A stretch of DNA of 31,609 nt from a virus: IMG/VR virus record IMGVR_UViG_3300040960_000460. One strand, 5' to 3'. The position numbers and the translations under genes are program-made. The notes below the pieces were generated by a model. It ran no database searches. It was not told the DNA's origin and saw nothing but the letters and a program-made list of their open reading frames with translations. This document shows positions 7,420-15,772 of the stretch, one piece after another (the stretch's first letter is position 1; the number at the start of each line of letters is the position of its first letter).

Positions 7420-9896
7420 GATGATTCAACCTCGTATTCAATCGCCTGGATATGGAAAGGCGTTGGGTCTGGTACACTTATGGTCGGCATCACATCACGA
7501 TTCCAACCGTTAATATCATACACATCATCAATAATACCACTTAATGCCGTTGGTGCAGAATCTAGCGGCGTAGTTGGCGCTGAGCCGAACGTTCTAATCG
7601 GAACAGGGTTACCGTCCACATGAACACCATATGTCTCATACACGCGCATATTGACACGTATAATGCGCTTTAGTCTCATCGCATTCTGCCCAGAACCTAT
7701 ATTAGTATTCAGTGGCATTGGTATTAATTCTGGTACAAAGTTTAAACCCAATTCAATCTGAGAGTATCCAATCTCATTAGCGTCTAATTCTATCTGTCCG
7801 CTTGATACCGTTTTGGGACTAAGCACAATCCCATCACCTACAATCTGTACTGTCTCGCCCTCTAAATGGCTAAGACCTGTAATGACTGTTTGAGTAGGCG
7901 TTGGGCTTACTTTAATAGATGAGTCCATTAGATAAGAGAAGTCCCACCGTTCAATGTACGATACGGTAGAGCCGTTAATTTCTCTCTCATTGAGAACATA
8001 GAATTCATCGTCAACAACAGCGCCAGACTTTAATGAGCCACTGGTAGTCCACTCTGTATAGCCGTTAATATCTTGAGATCGTAAGGTGTTTAGGATTGCC
8101 GCCCCACCATCACTATTAATGATGAACAGCCAGTTAGAGTCCTCGCTCTGAGTCCCTGTTAACAAGGCTAAACCGACAGGTTGCTTGATTAAGTTAGACG
8201 CTAAAACGGACTTATCCTGCGTTGTATAGGCATCCTCGTTGAACGAGTAGATAAAGTCTCTTAATGTCTTACCGTTACGGTCGATAAATAGAGTTGAACC
8301 GTCCACTTCCTGCACTTCGATATTAGATGCACCGTGTGAAGTCTGTGGGGTAATCGCTACTGTGCTTGGGGTTATCGGCTTAACCGTTACCGCAAACTCA
8401 GCGCCAGAGGTAAATATCTGTAAAGTCCTGCCTGGGAATACGTCAACAATCTCATTCAGTTTTCGTGATGAGATAGTCGCAAAGATTCCTTCATCATCAT
8501 CGCCATCATCAATATCGAAATCAAAGAACGATCCAGTCTTACTAGCAAACAGGCTTTGTCTTTTAGACTTAGTGCCACCAATAACTAGACGACTCTCATA
8601 GAAGCAGGCAGTCTTAGGCCAGCCCCTAGTAGCCGACCATACGTCCTCTTTTCTAGGCGACCCACTAGCAGTTTTAACAAAGCCCACCGTCTTACTGGCT
8701 GTGCCACTGGTAGCGAAGCCAGAATACAACTCGAAGTCTTTAGCCGACTCACCGCCTACGATAATGTCATATACGCCCGCAGAAACATAAGAAACGCTAA
8801 CGCCTGTATCGCCCATGACAGGCATCTCTTGAATGTTCTTTTGTATGTTGAATACAGTTGATTCTCTTTGATCTGCGTTAGCATCACCAGCGAAAGTAAT
8901 GTTCTTGGATAGCACGCCCTCAATGTCTATCTGAAAAGTATCGCCAGCCACAAAAGAGGATAGCGTCATTCTCTGCACATCATTGACGGGGGTGGGACTA
9001 AGATCATCGTTATAGTCAAATTGTGGGATATTTACGAAAGGTGCAAGGTCTAAGAACCAATCAGAGTCCGTACCCAAATTAACTAATCGACTGGGCGCAT
9101 AGTCTTCTTGGAACAACAACATTACGCTTTCAACTTGCGTATCACGAACATCAGGAATGGCAGCAGACTGCATTGCCATCTTAACGTCAGCAACATAAGT
9201 ATCTGGCGTTCTAATAATCCGAATGTTCTTGTCGGTTAGGATCAATAAATAATGTCGATCAGATTCAACAGAAAAGTCTAACAGCTTAACGTTAGATGCC
9301 GTTGCAGACTCATTAAATAGGTTGAAGTCAGATAACGTAACCTTAGCAGTACCTAAGTCTGTGGCGGTTGTTTTGACGATTCGCCAGTATCTTTTGGTGA
9401 CTCCTGCTTTGAATCGGAAGTCTTGTGCGCTTGATCCAATAAGCGGGATATCAATATGCTTTGTCCATGCCGCCCCATCATCAGAGTGCTCAATATCAAA
9501 TTCATCAGACGTGCCAGACGTAAGTAGTATGCCGCGAACATCAACCACTTCAACATAAGTTGCAGCGCCCAAATCCATTTGCGCCACAATGTACGGGTTT
9601 GTCGTGCTAACATTCGTTGTCGTGCTCGTAGACGTAGTGTCATCTTCATCGTCAATGTCTCCTGGCGTACCACCGTTAGGCATTGTCATAGTGCCTGTAA
9701 GACGATCTAAGACGTTTAAGGCTTGATCTATATACTGAGTACCAGCCCTACGCTTCATGCCGCCCTGCGGGACGATAACAAGGTTCTTAGCAACCTCTGC
9801 GCCTTGATAGTATTGGTCGATATCTACCCGACCTTTTAGTAAAGGGGATAGAGCGCCACTAATTAGGCTGGTTTGAAAGAATCTTGACTTGGCCAT
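7416..9896 (-). CDS. Tail tubular protein B / nozzle (T7 gp12-like, 826 aa) with a discoidin-like insert
   Basis: Size and position match, downstream of the gp11-like gene. The conserved-looking N-terminus is FFQTSLISGALSPLLKGRVDIDQYYQGAEVAKNLVIVPQGGMKRRAGTQY. The C-terminal part is LNFVPELIPMPLN...MRLKRIIRVNMRVYETYGVHVDG. Residues about 90-200 look like an F5/8-type-C (discoidin) module. Confidence 0.7.
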   Translation of the reverse strand: MAKSRFFQTSLISGALSPLLKGRVDIDQYYQGAEVAKNLVIVPQGGMKRRAGTQYIDQALNVLDRLTGTMTMPNGGTPGDIDDEDDTTSTSTTTNVSTTNPYIVAQMDLGAATYVEVVDVRGILLTSGTSDEFDIEHSDDGAAWTKHIDIPLIGSSAQDFRFKAGVTKRYWRIVKTTATDLGTAKVTLSDFNLFNESATASNVKLLDFSVESDRHYLLILTDKNIRIIRTPDTYVADVKMAMQSAAIPDVRDTQVESVMLLFQEDYAPSRLVNLGTDSDWFLDLAPFVNIPQFDYNDDLSPTPVNDVQRMTLSSFVAGDTFQIDIEGVLSKNITFAGDANADQRESTVFNIQKNIQEMPVMGDTGVSVSYVSAGVYDIIVGGESAKDFELYSGFATSGTASKTVGFVKTASGSPRKEDVWSATRGWPKTACFYESRLVIGGTKSKRQSLFASKTGSFFDFDIDDGDDDEGIFATISSRKLNEIVDVFPGRTLQIFTSGAEFAVTVKPITPSTVAITPQTSHGASNIEVQEVDGSTLFIDRNGKTLRDFIYSFNEDAYTTQDKSVLASNLIKQPVGLALLTGTQSEDSNWLFIINSDGGAAILNTLRSQDINGYTEWTTSGSLKSGAVVDDEFYVLNEREINGSTVSYIERWDFSYLMDSSIKVSPTPTQTVITGLSHLEGETVQIVGDGIVLSPKTVSSGQIELDANEIGYSQIELGLNFVPELIPMPLNTNIGSGQNAMRLKRIIRVNMRVYETYGVHVDGNPVPIRTFGSAPTTPLDSAPTALSGIIDDVYDINGWNRDVMPTISVPDPTPFHIQAIEYEVESS

Positions 9897-10549
9897 CAGA
9901 CCTCCATAAAGGTCAAATTCATCGAGAAGATATCCACAACTAAAGAAGTCGTGCCATCTCCCTTCATCATTACATGAAACTCATCGCCAGTATTAATTTG
10001 GAATATCCCATTAGACGATGCAGAACCCCTTTTGTTCGCAGACGTAAACGACCGCACAATAGACTGGGGGCTAATAACGTCATTAATAGATAGGGCTATG
10101 GTTACATCGGCAACCTTCTGTGAACTCATGTCCACTGAGCCGACAAACTGAAATAGACCACCTACACCTGTGTACGTTAAGGTATCGCCGTCAAGCGTAA
10201 AGTCACGTACAGGGTTAGCACTCATATTGGGTACTTGGGTATACGTTACACCGTCATTATTCAGCGAAAGTACTGTTTCTGTGTCCAAATAGTAGTAAGC
10301 GTATTCCCGATCTAGGAATGACGTTTTCTGTACCGTTACGCTGTTCTTAGATACCGCTGTAACCTTGGCTGTGTAAACCTCAACCGAGTTGTTAACAATG
10401 ATCAGGTCTTTAACTTGCAGCTTAGTGTAAGCCTGGTTGAAGTAACCTGAACCTAATACAATCGTTCGGTCTTCTGTGGTCTCATAGGTATAAAGTCTAG
10501 GTGCGCTAGATGCCCCGCCTACATGTGAGAAATGGTCATCATTAAACAT
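9896..10549 (-). CDS. Hypothetical beta-rich virion protein (217 aa) inserted between the gp11-like and gp12-like genes
   Basis: Complete ORF with start and stop overlaps on both sides (cat 10547-49, tca 9896-98). No family recognised. Confidence 0.5.
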   Translation of the reverse strand: MFNDDHFSHVGGASSAPRLYTYETTEDRTIVLGSGYFNQAYTKLQVKDLIIVNNSVEVYTAKVTAVSKNSVTVQKTSFLDREYAYYYLDTETVLSLNNDGVTYTQVPNMSANPVRDFTLDGDTLTYTGVGGLFQFVGSVDMSSQKVADVTIALSINDVISPQSIVRSFTSANKRGSASSNGIFQINTGDEFHVMMKGDGTTSLVVDIFSMNLTFMEV

Positions 10550-11106
10550 TAGAACCTCACATTGACGAATGGATTAGACGCTACAGGCACCACGGGGTAT
10601 TGTTGGGAATCAGTGTATCGGGCCATACGTGATTGGTTAATGTATTCAGCCGACATAGTTTGTCTAGCGGAATCACTATCACGAATAGAGCTAGCGAAGT
10701 CTCTAGCCAGCGCATACTCAATCATCTTAGAGAAGTATACAGGCCACTCAGATTCAGGGACGTTGTAAATGTAATCAGCGTACAGCGCATCCTTTGTATC
10801 GGCATACACCTTATCACCGTACAGGGCGTAATTTGTAGACGGGTACAGCTTGATTAGAAACAGTAGATCGGTGGGTAATTGATATATGCTTTTCCACTCA
10901 TCGTCTACAGGGGTGTCAGTTGTTAGGGATAACTGCGCCTTCTTCTTAGCAAAGCCCCATCGATGTTTCGTCAATTCATTCTGCACGATATTGTCGTACA
11001 GGTTCGATGCTACTTGCTGTGCGCGAGTACCACCAGTAAGGGAGTTAATAGGGGTATCCCCAATTAATATTAATGCGTTACTAATTAGGTCGATCTTGCT
11101 CGCCAT
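10549..11106 (-). CDS. Tail tubular protein A / head-tail adaptor (T7 gp11-like, 185 aa)
   Basis: The N-terminus MASKIDLISNALILIGDTPINSLTGG...AQQVASNLYDNIVQNELTKHRWGF follows the gp11 pattern (..N.AL..iG..pi..L......a......l......q..gW.F). It is the first gene after the capsid terminator. SD AAGGTGAG lies upstream of the ATG. Confidence 0.7.
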   Translation of the reverse strand: MASKIDLISNALILIGDTPINSLTGGTRAQQVASNLYDNIVQNELTKHRWGFAKKKAQLSLTTDTPVDDEWKSIYQLPTDLLFLIKLYPSTNYALYGDKVYADTKDALYADYIYNVPESEWPVYFSKMIEYALARDFASSIRDSDSARQTMSAEYINQSRMARYTDSQQYPVVPVASNPFVNVRF

Positions 11107-11114
11107 AACTCACC

Positions 11115-11142
11115 TTTTAAAAGAATGGGGGCCGAAGCCCCC
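11115..11142 (-). terminator. Hairpin terminator/attenuator directly after the major capsid gene
   Basis: On the minus strand: GGGGGC-TTCG-GCCCCC (plus 11127-11142) followed by ATTCTTTT. It begins 8 nt after the capsid stop. This is analogous in position to T7 Tphi after gene 10. Confidence 0.7.
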
Positions 11143-11150
11143 TTGTGCTA

Positions 11151-11984
11151 TTAAGCAGTTCGATCGTACTGAACTTTAACCAGACCACCTTCGTCGCGAA
11201 CGACAGAGCCAGCCTTCAACATACCGTTAGAGAGCCAAGAAGTCTTCTCAGGTACGTAGTTAATTTCAGTCTTCATGTCGATACCGATAGCAAGACCAAC
11301 AGCGGGACGCTGGAAGAACCAAGAGTCAACGATGTCAGTTGCTACAGTCAAACCACCTTCGGTACGAGTTTCGATAACAATGAAGTTAAACCCGCACAAA
11401 GTGTTGATCTCACCAGAGACCAAAGCCTTGATAGCCTGATAGTCAGAAGAAGTTGCCTTCTGATCATTCAACAGACCACCCAAGCCATTTGCATCAATAG
11501 CAGCAAACAACTCAGTGCTAGGTACGCCTTGGTCACGAAGTGCAACCTGAGCTTCGATAACTTTAGCCATTGTCAGGTTAGTACCACCTGCGGCAATAGC
11601 AGTAGTCAGCGGAGTTGAGGCATCCATAGCATCAATGACAAGCTGGTCAGTACGGCGACCCAAAGCACCTGCAATTGCGTTAGCAAGCTCTTGCTTCTCG
11701 TCGAAGTTAACTTCGGCAGCGTCAAAGATGTCGGTGTACTCAGGAGCATTCCAGTTAGCCAGGGTGGCCACCTTGAACTCGTGCGCAACATCCATTGGGG
11801 TTACATCAGCAGAAGAAGCCTTCTGGTTAGCAAGACCTTTGCCCATGCGGCGAAATTTGTAGGTATCACCTACAACATTGTTACGGACGGTTACTGCATT
11901 CTTTAGTTGGCCCATGCCTTGGTAGGCTTGTTTGACCATACTGTCAAATTCAATTACCGCTACAGCAGATAAATTAGTTGACAT
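11151..11984 (-). CDS. Major capsid protein (277 aa)
   Basis: The gene follows the scaffold gene, is preceded by a 180-nt leader and is followed by a strong hairpin. The sequence (YKFRRMGKGLANQKASSADVTPMDVAHEFKVATLANWNAPEYTDIFDAAEVNFDEKQELANAIAGALGRRTDQLVIDAMD) matches my recollection of podovirus HK97-fold coat families. Confidence 0.8.
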   Translation of the reverse strand: MSTNLSAVAVIEFDSMVKQAYQGMGQLKNAVTVRNNVVGDTYKFRRMGKGLANQKASSADVTPMDVAHEFKVATLANWNAPEYTDIFDAAEVNFDEKQELANAIAGALGRRTDQLVIDAMDASTPLTTAIAAGGTNLTMAKVIEAQVALRDQGVPSTELFAAIDANGLGGLLNDQKATSSDYQAIKALVSGEINTLCGFNFIVIETRTEGGLTVATDIVDSWFFQRPAVGLAIGIDMKTEINYVPEKTSWLSNGMLKAGSVVRDEGGLVKVQYDRTA

Positions 11985-12164
11985 GATAAATTCCTCATAT
12001 TGTCAAAATAACTCAATGCACTTGGAACCATTCCAATAGTGCTTTTAAGAAGTTTTCGACTGAGTGCCCGACAGATTCGGTCAGCCTACAACCTTAAATA
12101 ATCTGTCAGGCCAAGAATGGGTATCCGACAGATCAATAATAACATTTAGCTATAAGAAAACAAA

Positions 12165-12911
12165 CTACCCAATGGTTTTAGAATAAGGTCGATCCCCTCC
12201 AAATTCTTTCATCATGCGCTGAATCTTGGCTTCATGGTTGCGATCAACAGAGCGCAAGAAGTTGCCATTGTCATCCTTCTTAAACATCTCAGCTTCGATT
12301 GCTTCCCAAGTCACGCCACCTGGCTGTACAACACCGTCAATAGGTAGCTTAGCTGGCGCAGTAGACTTGATTAACGCCTCGACCAATTCAACCGACTCAG
12401 CACTGTTAACAGAGTAACGTAAGCGCTCATAGGTATCAGGGTCTAGGTTGTTCTTCATAAACTGCTCAACATGCTTGATGCGACCAGTAGCATTGTCGCC
12501 TAACTTAGCCATCTCAGCTTCTAAGGATACCTCCTCGACAGCTTCAGACTGGGCTTGCAGTATTTCCCATGCGCGATCAAACGCGTCTTGAGACATGTTA
12601 GTTTCTTCAGCAAACGTCTTTAGCTCAGCAAACAAGGCATCGTCTTGCTCAATACCTTCAGGGGCTTGGTAGCCATCTTTAGGCGCACCTTTAAAGCCAC
12701 CAAAGCGCTTCTCCAATTCGGTATATGCCTTGGCTTGGTCTGCAATAGACTTGTATTTATCGGCCTTAAACCACTCGGGAGTGTCCCCTGTGCCCTTAAT
12801 GCCTTCGGTTAAAAAGTACTCACCCTCTCCCAACTGTGGCTCTGCAGCGTCCACCAGTGAGGTCAGGGTGTCGTTTTGTGTAACATCGTTACTCTCTACG
12901 GCCTGTTCCAT
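12165..12911 (-). CDS. Scaffolding protein (248 aa from the MEQAVESN start)
   Basis: Acidic helical protein between the portal region and the capsid gene. PEWFKADKYKSIADQAKAYTELEKRFGGFKGAP is typical of podovirus scaffolds. I placed the start at ATG 12911-12909 because GGAG lies 8 nt upstream and the upstream ORF stops at 12914. The track's longer 12165..13031 reading is an unsupported 5' extension. Confidence 0.7.
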   Translation of the reverse strand: MEQAVESNDVTQNDTLTSLVDAAEPQLGEGEYFLTEGIKGTGDTPEWFKADKYKSIADQAKAYTELEKRFGGFKGAPKDGYQAPEGIEQDDALFAELKTFAEETNMSQDAFDRAWEILQAQSEAVEEVSLEAEMAKLGDNATGRIKHVEQFMKNNLDPDTYERLRYSVNSAESVELVEALIKSTAPAKLPIDGVVQPGGVTWEAIEAEMFKKDDNGNFLRSVDRNHEAKIQRMMKEFGGDRPYSKTIG

Positions 12912-12913
12912 AA

Positions 12914-13225
12914 TTATCTCCATGGATATTGAATAACAGCCCTTTTCGGACTGACCCGCCCATGCTTGAGCAGGATTACAACGAGATTCCGACCACCGTT
13001 TAACAGTGATAGGTCGTTGATATCGATCCAATCCAGATGCTTTTCGTCTTTATAGCACCTGAACGCTTGGAATTTATGCACGTACTCAAATTTAGTAAAC
13101 CCGTATTCTTTGTGTAGGTTATCAAGCCACTCAAAATCAAAACCAATTTTCTTCAATGGCTCCACATATTCACAGACAATTTCGTATTTGGGCTTTGGTT
13201 TGCGACCGCGCTTTGTTTCGCTCAT
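12914..13225 (-). CDS. Hypothetical protein (103 aa) with a basic N-terminus
   Basis: ATGA-coupled to the upstream gene, and it stops 2 nt before the scaffold start. N-terminus is MSETKRGRKPKPK. No family recognised. Confidence 0.5.
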   Translation of the reverse strand: MSETKRGRKPKPKYEIVCEYVEPLKKIGFDFEWLDNLHKEYGFTKFEYVHKFQAFRCYKDEKHLDWIDINDLSLLNGGRNLVVILLKHGRVSPKRAVIQYPWR

Positions 13226-13497
13226 AGTTTTTCCGCTTGCTTCGTTAAGTGAATAATAAACTTAACCACCCCCGCTTCACCATTGTGGTACGCCGCCTCA
13301 TACTCGATGTTCTGAGAATTGAAGTCTGTACCGTTATCCATGACAAAGCGGTTGAGTAAGTCCTCCAGTACTTTAAAACCGTCTTCAGTAGAGAAGCATC
13401 GACTATACGCCTTTGCTAACTCTACTTGCTTCTCTCTTATTTCTGCCTTCTTTGCTTCAGCGTCTTTCTGGTTTACTTCTAATTGATCCCAACTCAT
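13222..13497 (-). CDS. Bbp19-like small conserved head-module protein (91 aa)
   Basis: CFSTEDGFKVLEDLLNRF......AAYHNGEAGVVKFII resembles the small protein found just downstream of portal genes in BPP-1-like and other podophages. ATGA overlaps at both ends. Confidence 0.5.
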   Translation of the reverse strand: MSWDQLEVNQKDAEAKKAEIREKQVELAKAYSRCFSTEDGFKVLEDLLNRFVMDNGTDFNSQNIEYEAAYHNGEAGVVKFIIHLTKQAEKL

Positions 13498-15062
13498 TCA
13501 ACCGCCTGTTGTTGTGGTTGTTGTTGTCCCATCTGCGCAGCTTGAGCACCAGCCTGGATGATCTGCTGTTTCTCAGACTCAGACCGTACTAACTCGCTAG
13601 ACATGCCAGTTTTCTCAGCCGCCCATGTACCGAAGTTTTCAGTCTTAAACGCCATCATCACCTGTTCAGGGCCAGCAGTACCTAACACAAACTGCACTGC
13701 TTGTTGTACAGCCATTAGGTCTTCTGAGTCCTGAGCACGTGCTAGTGGACTGGTGAACTTGATATCAACGTCTCTACCTTCTAACTGTAAAGGCGTAATC
13801 AATCCCCTACGGGTCAGGATAGACACAACACGCTTAAGGATAGGTACAAGCACCTCAGTCTGCAATCGACCGAACGCCGAACCGATACGCTTAGCCAACT
13901 CTCTCGACTCAATTGCTATTTCAGTAGCAGAGCGAACAGGGCCAGCAGGATCACGCAGATCATTAAACAGCGCCACCTTGATTGCGTTCTGCAATTCCAT
14001 GATCTCGAACTGCGCCAGCTGTAAGTTAGCACCAGTGTCTAAACGCTGGATAGACGGATTGGATGTGTTGTTGCTACCCACGGGAATAACAATCCCTGGG
14101 CTGATAGTGATGTTGTAAGGGTTGGTTACACCATCATCTGTGGCTGTATACATACCCGCTAGATCAATGGCAGCCTTTTGCAGTACAAACTCTTTAGCTT
14201 TATTCAGTGATCTAACGTCAGGCAATGTCTGCATAGCAGGCCCACGACCACGAACCTCACCAGCTACTTTGGTATATCGACCAGTTACCCAAGGCGAAGT
14301 TACGCCGAAGTCCTCAAACCATGAGATCGAATCTTCACCATCACACCATAACATACCGTAATAGCGCTTTATCTTCGGGCAGTACACAACGCCTTCATGC
14401 ACGCCGACTTCGTTATCAGGTGATGACTTAATCAGGTTAGCGATCTTCTCACTTGGCTCAAACCCTTTGTACATGCGTTCGAGTAATCGGGCCTTAACCT
14501 TCATCCTACGCCAATGGGTTTCAATCGTACCCCATGGGCCTTCTTCAAACGCAATACCCTTCTGCGGGATAGCGTGAAAGACAAACGGCATATCGTCCTC
14601 GTCTGTCTCATCTATCCGCAAAGTAGCAGTACCGACCAGCAGATCAAGTGCAGCCTCATAGAACTGCGTGCCGAAGTTAGAACGGTTGATATAGTCAAAG
14701 ACTATTTCAGCCTGGCTTTCTAAATTCTCGCGTATATCGGTTTCACTTACACCATAGTCGCCAGTCTCTAGCAGCTTGAGTACCTGTTCACTTGGCTGGA
14801 ACGTAGCCCAACGCGCCCATATCGGTGCGATGTTCTCTTGCAGCTTACTAGCACCCTGCTGGATAGCGGTCAGTGAAGTGGAATCAAATATGCGATCCAT
14901 CTTCTTCTGGCCTTTATCTTCTCGGTCGAACAGGTTTCTCTGAGGCAGGAAGTATTCATACACGTCAGAAAGCTGTGTGTGCCACATAGCCTCGGAATCG
15001 AAGGCTTTCTTTTCTCTTGTGACTAGATCGTTAAACGATCCCAAGTGTTCAGGTAGTTGCAT
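13494..15062 (-). CDS. Portal (head-to-tail connector) protein
   Basis: An ORF of about 520 aa between TerL and the scaffold. The acidic/Q-rich C-terminus (QMGQQQPQQQAVE) is typical of connectors. The track start 15101 overlaps the upstream ORF by 38 nt. An in-frame ATG at 15062-15060 (MQLPEHLG...) sits 1 nt after that ORF's TGA, so I prefer it. Confidence 0.8.
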   Translation of the reverse strand: MQLPEHLGSFNDLVTREKKAFDSEAMWHTQLSDVYEYFLPQRNLFDREDKGQKKMDRIFDSTSLTAIQQGASKLQENIAPIWARWATFQPSEQVLKLLETGDYGVSETDIRENLESQAEIVFDYINRSNFGTQFYEAALDLLVGTATLRIDETDEDDMPFVFHAIPQKGIAFEEGPWGTIETHWRRMKVKARLLERMYKGFEPSEKIANLIKSSPDNEVGVHEGVVYCPKIKRYYGMLWCDGEDSISWFEDFGVTSPWVTGRYTKVAGEVRGRGPAMQTLPDVRSLNKAKEFVLQKAAIDLAGMYTATDDGVTNPYNITISPGIVIPVGSNNTSNPSIQRLDTGANLQLAQFEIMELQNAIKVALFNDLRDPAGPVRSATEIAIESRELAKRIGSAFGRLQTEVLVPILKRVVSILTRRGLITPLQLEGRDVDIKFTSPLARAQDSEDLMAVQQAVQFVLGTAGPEQVMMAFKTENFGTWAAEKTGMSSELVRSESEKQQIIQAGAQAAQMGQQQPQQQAVE

Positions 15063-15063
15063 G

Positions 15064-15444
15064 TCATTTACCCATAGATGAGAACGTGCGCTGTAATCCA
15101 ATCAGTGACGATCTTGAGTTCTTTATCCCGCCAGATGTAGTAGCACCACCACCAAACATACCGCCACCACCTGCGCCACCAAGTAAGCCACCGACACCGC
15201 CACGCATACCACCAACAAGTGAGCGACCAGCCGAGCCGCCGAGTCCAGATGAACGTCCACGACTTGCAGCTTCTTCACGACTTCGAGGTGCGCCACCTAA
15301 TAGGCTGACGGTTCCACGTTTACCACGCGACAAAGCACGAAATCGATCTTCTTGTTCCTCGATTTCTTTGTCAAGCATGATTGTCTGTCTACGCTCTACC
15401 GCTACTTCCTGCGCTGACTTCTTAGGTGCCTTTGGCTTTTTCAT
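15064..15444 (-). CDS. Gly/Arg-rich low-complexity protein (126 aa)
   Basis: The N-terminus is charged and helical (MKKPKAPKKSAQEVAVERRQTIMLDKEIEEQEDRFRAL). It is followed by SRGRSSGLGGSAGRSLVGGMRGGVGGLLGGAGGGGMFGGG. SD GAGG lies 7 nt before the ATG, the gene has operon orientation, and the stop is coupled to the portal start. Confidence 0.55.
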   Translation of the reverse strand: MKKPKAPKKSAQEVAVERRQTIMLDKEIEEQEDRFRALSRGKRGTVSLLGGAPRSREEAASRGRSSGLGGSAGRSLVGGMRGGVGGLLGGAGGGGMFGGGATTSGGIKNSRSSLIGLQRTFSSMGK

Positions 15445-15772
15445 CTTCCAACCTCATATAGAGTTGATAGGGTGTAAGGATAAACGGATCATTTATCCCT
15501 AGTATCTGTTTCGCATGGCCTACGCACGTGTTAAGCATGAATAGACCGCGTTTAATTTGTTTACGTTCTGCCTTTACAACAATCACTTCGTCTAGTTTAA
15601 AGGGTTGGTCATCTAAAGTAAAAAGATCGAAGTATTGTTCGGACTTACCGTAGATGATCCAGCGACCGCGATCTGGCACCAAAATATAACAATGCTGTAT
15701 GACTGGATGCAGGAATGGCGACCACCAATGCCCATCATCACCCGTAAAGACTACGTAAACTTCAGAAGACAC
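15422..15772 (-). CDS. Hypothetical protein (116 aa) with His...Cys motifs
   Basis: GTG start with SD AAAGGTGG 6 nt upstream, overlapping the TerL end. HPVIQHCYILV ... LNTCVGHAKQILGI...ILTPYQLY could be a permuted papain-like (His-before-Cys) fold. This is unverified. Confidence 0.45.
   Translation of the reverse strand: MSSEVYVVFTGDDGHWWSPFLHPVIQHCYILVPDRGRWIIYGKSEQYFDLFTLDDQPFKLDEVIVVKAERKQIKRGLFMLNTCVGHAKQILGINDPFILTPYQLYMRLEDEKAKGT

Noticed and set aside
12912-13031. Track 5' extensions of several genes (scaffold from 13031, 18217..18291, 20261..20395, 24684..24737, portal 15063..15101, 17655..17681)
   Set aside because: In each case an internal ATG with a proper SD sits right after the stop of the upstream gene. 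The extension overlaps that gene and translates to atypical sequence.
15086-15502. 138-aa Pro-rich plus-strand ORF (PPPNIPPPPAPPSKPPTPP...)
   Set aside because: It is the exact antisense shadow of the Gly-rich minus-strand ORF (GGN codons read as NCC). It has the wrong orientation for the operon and no SD.
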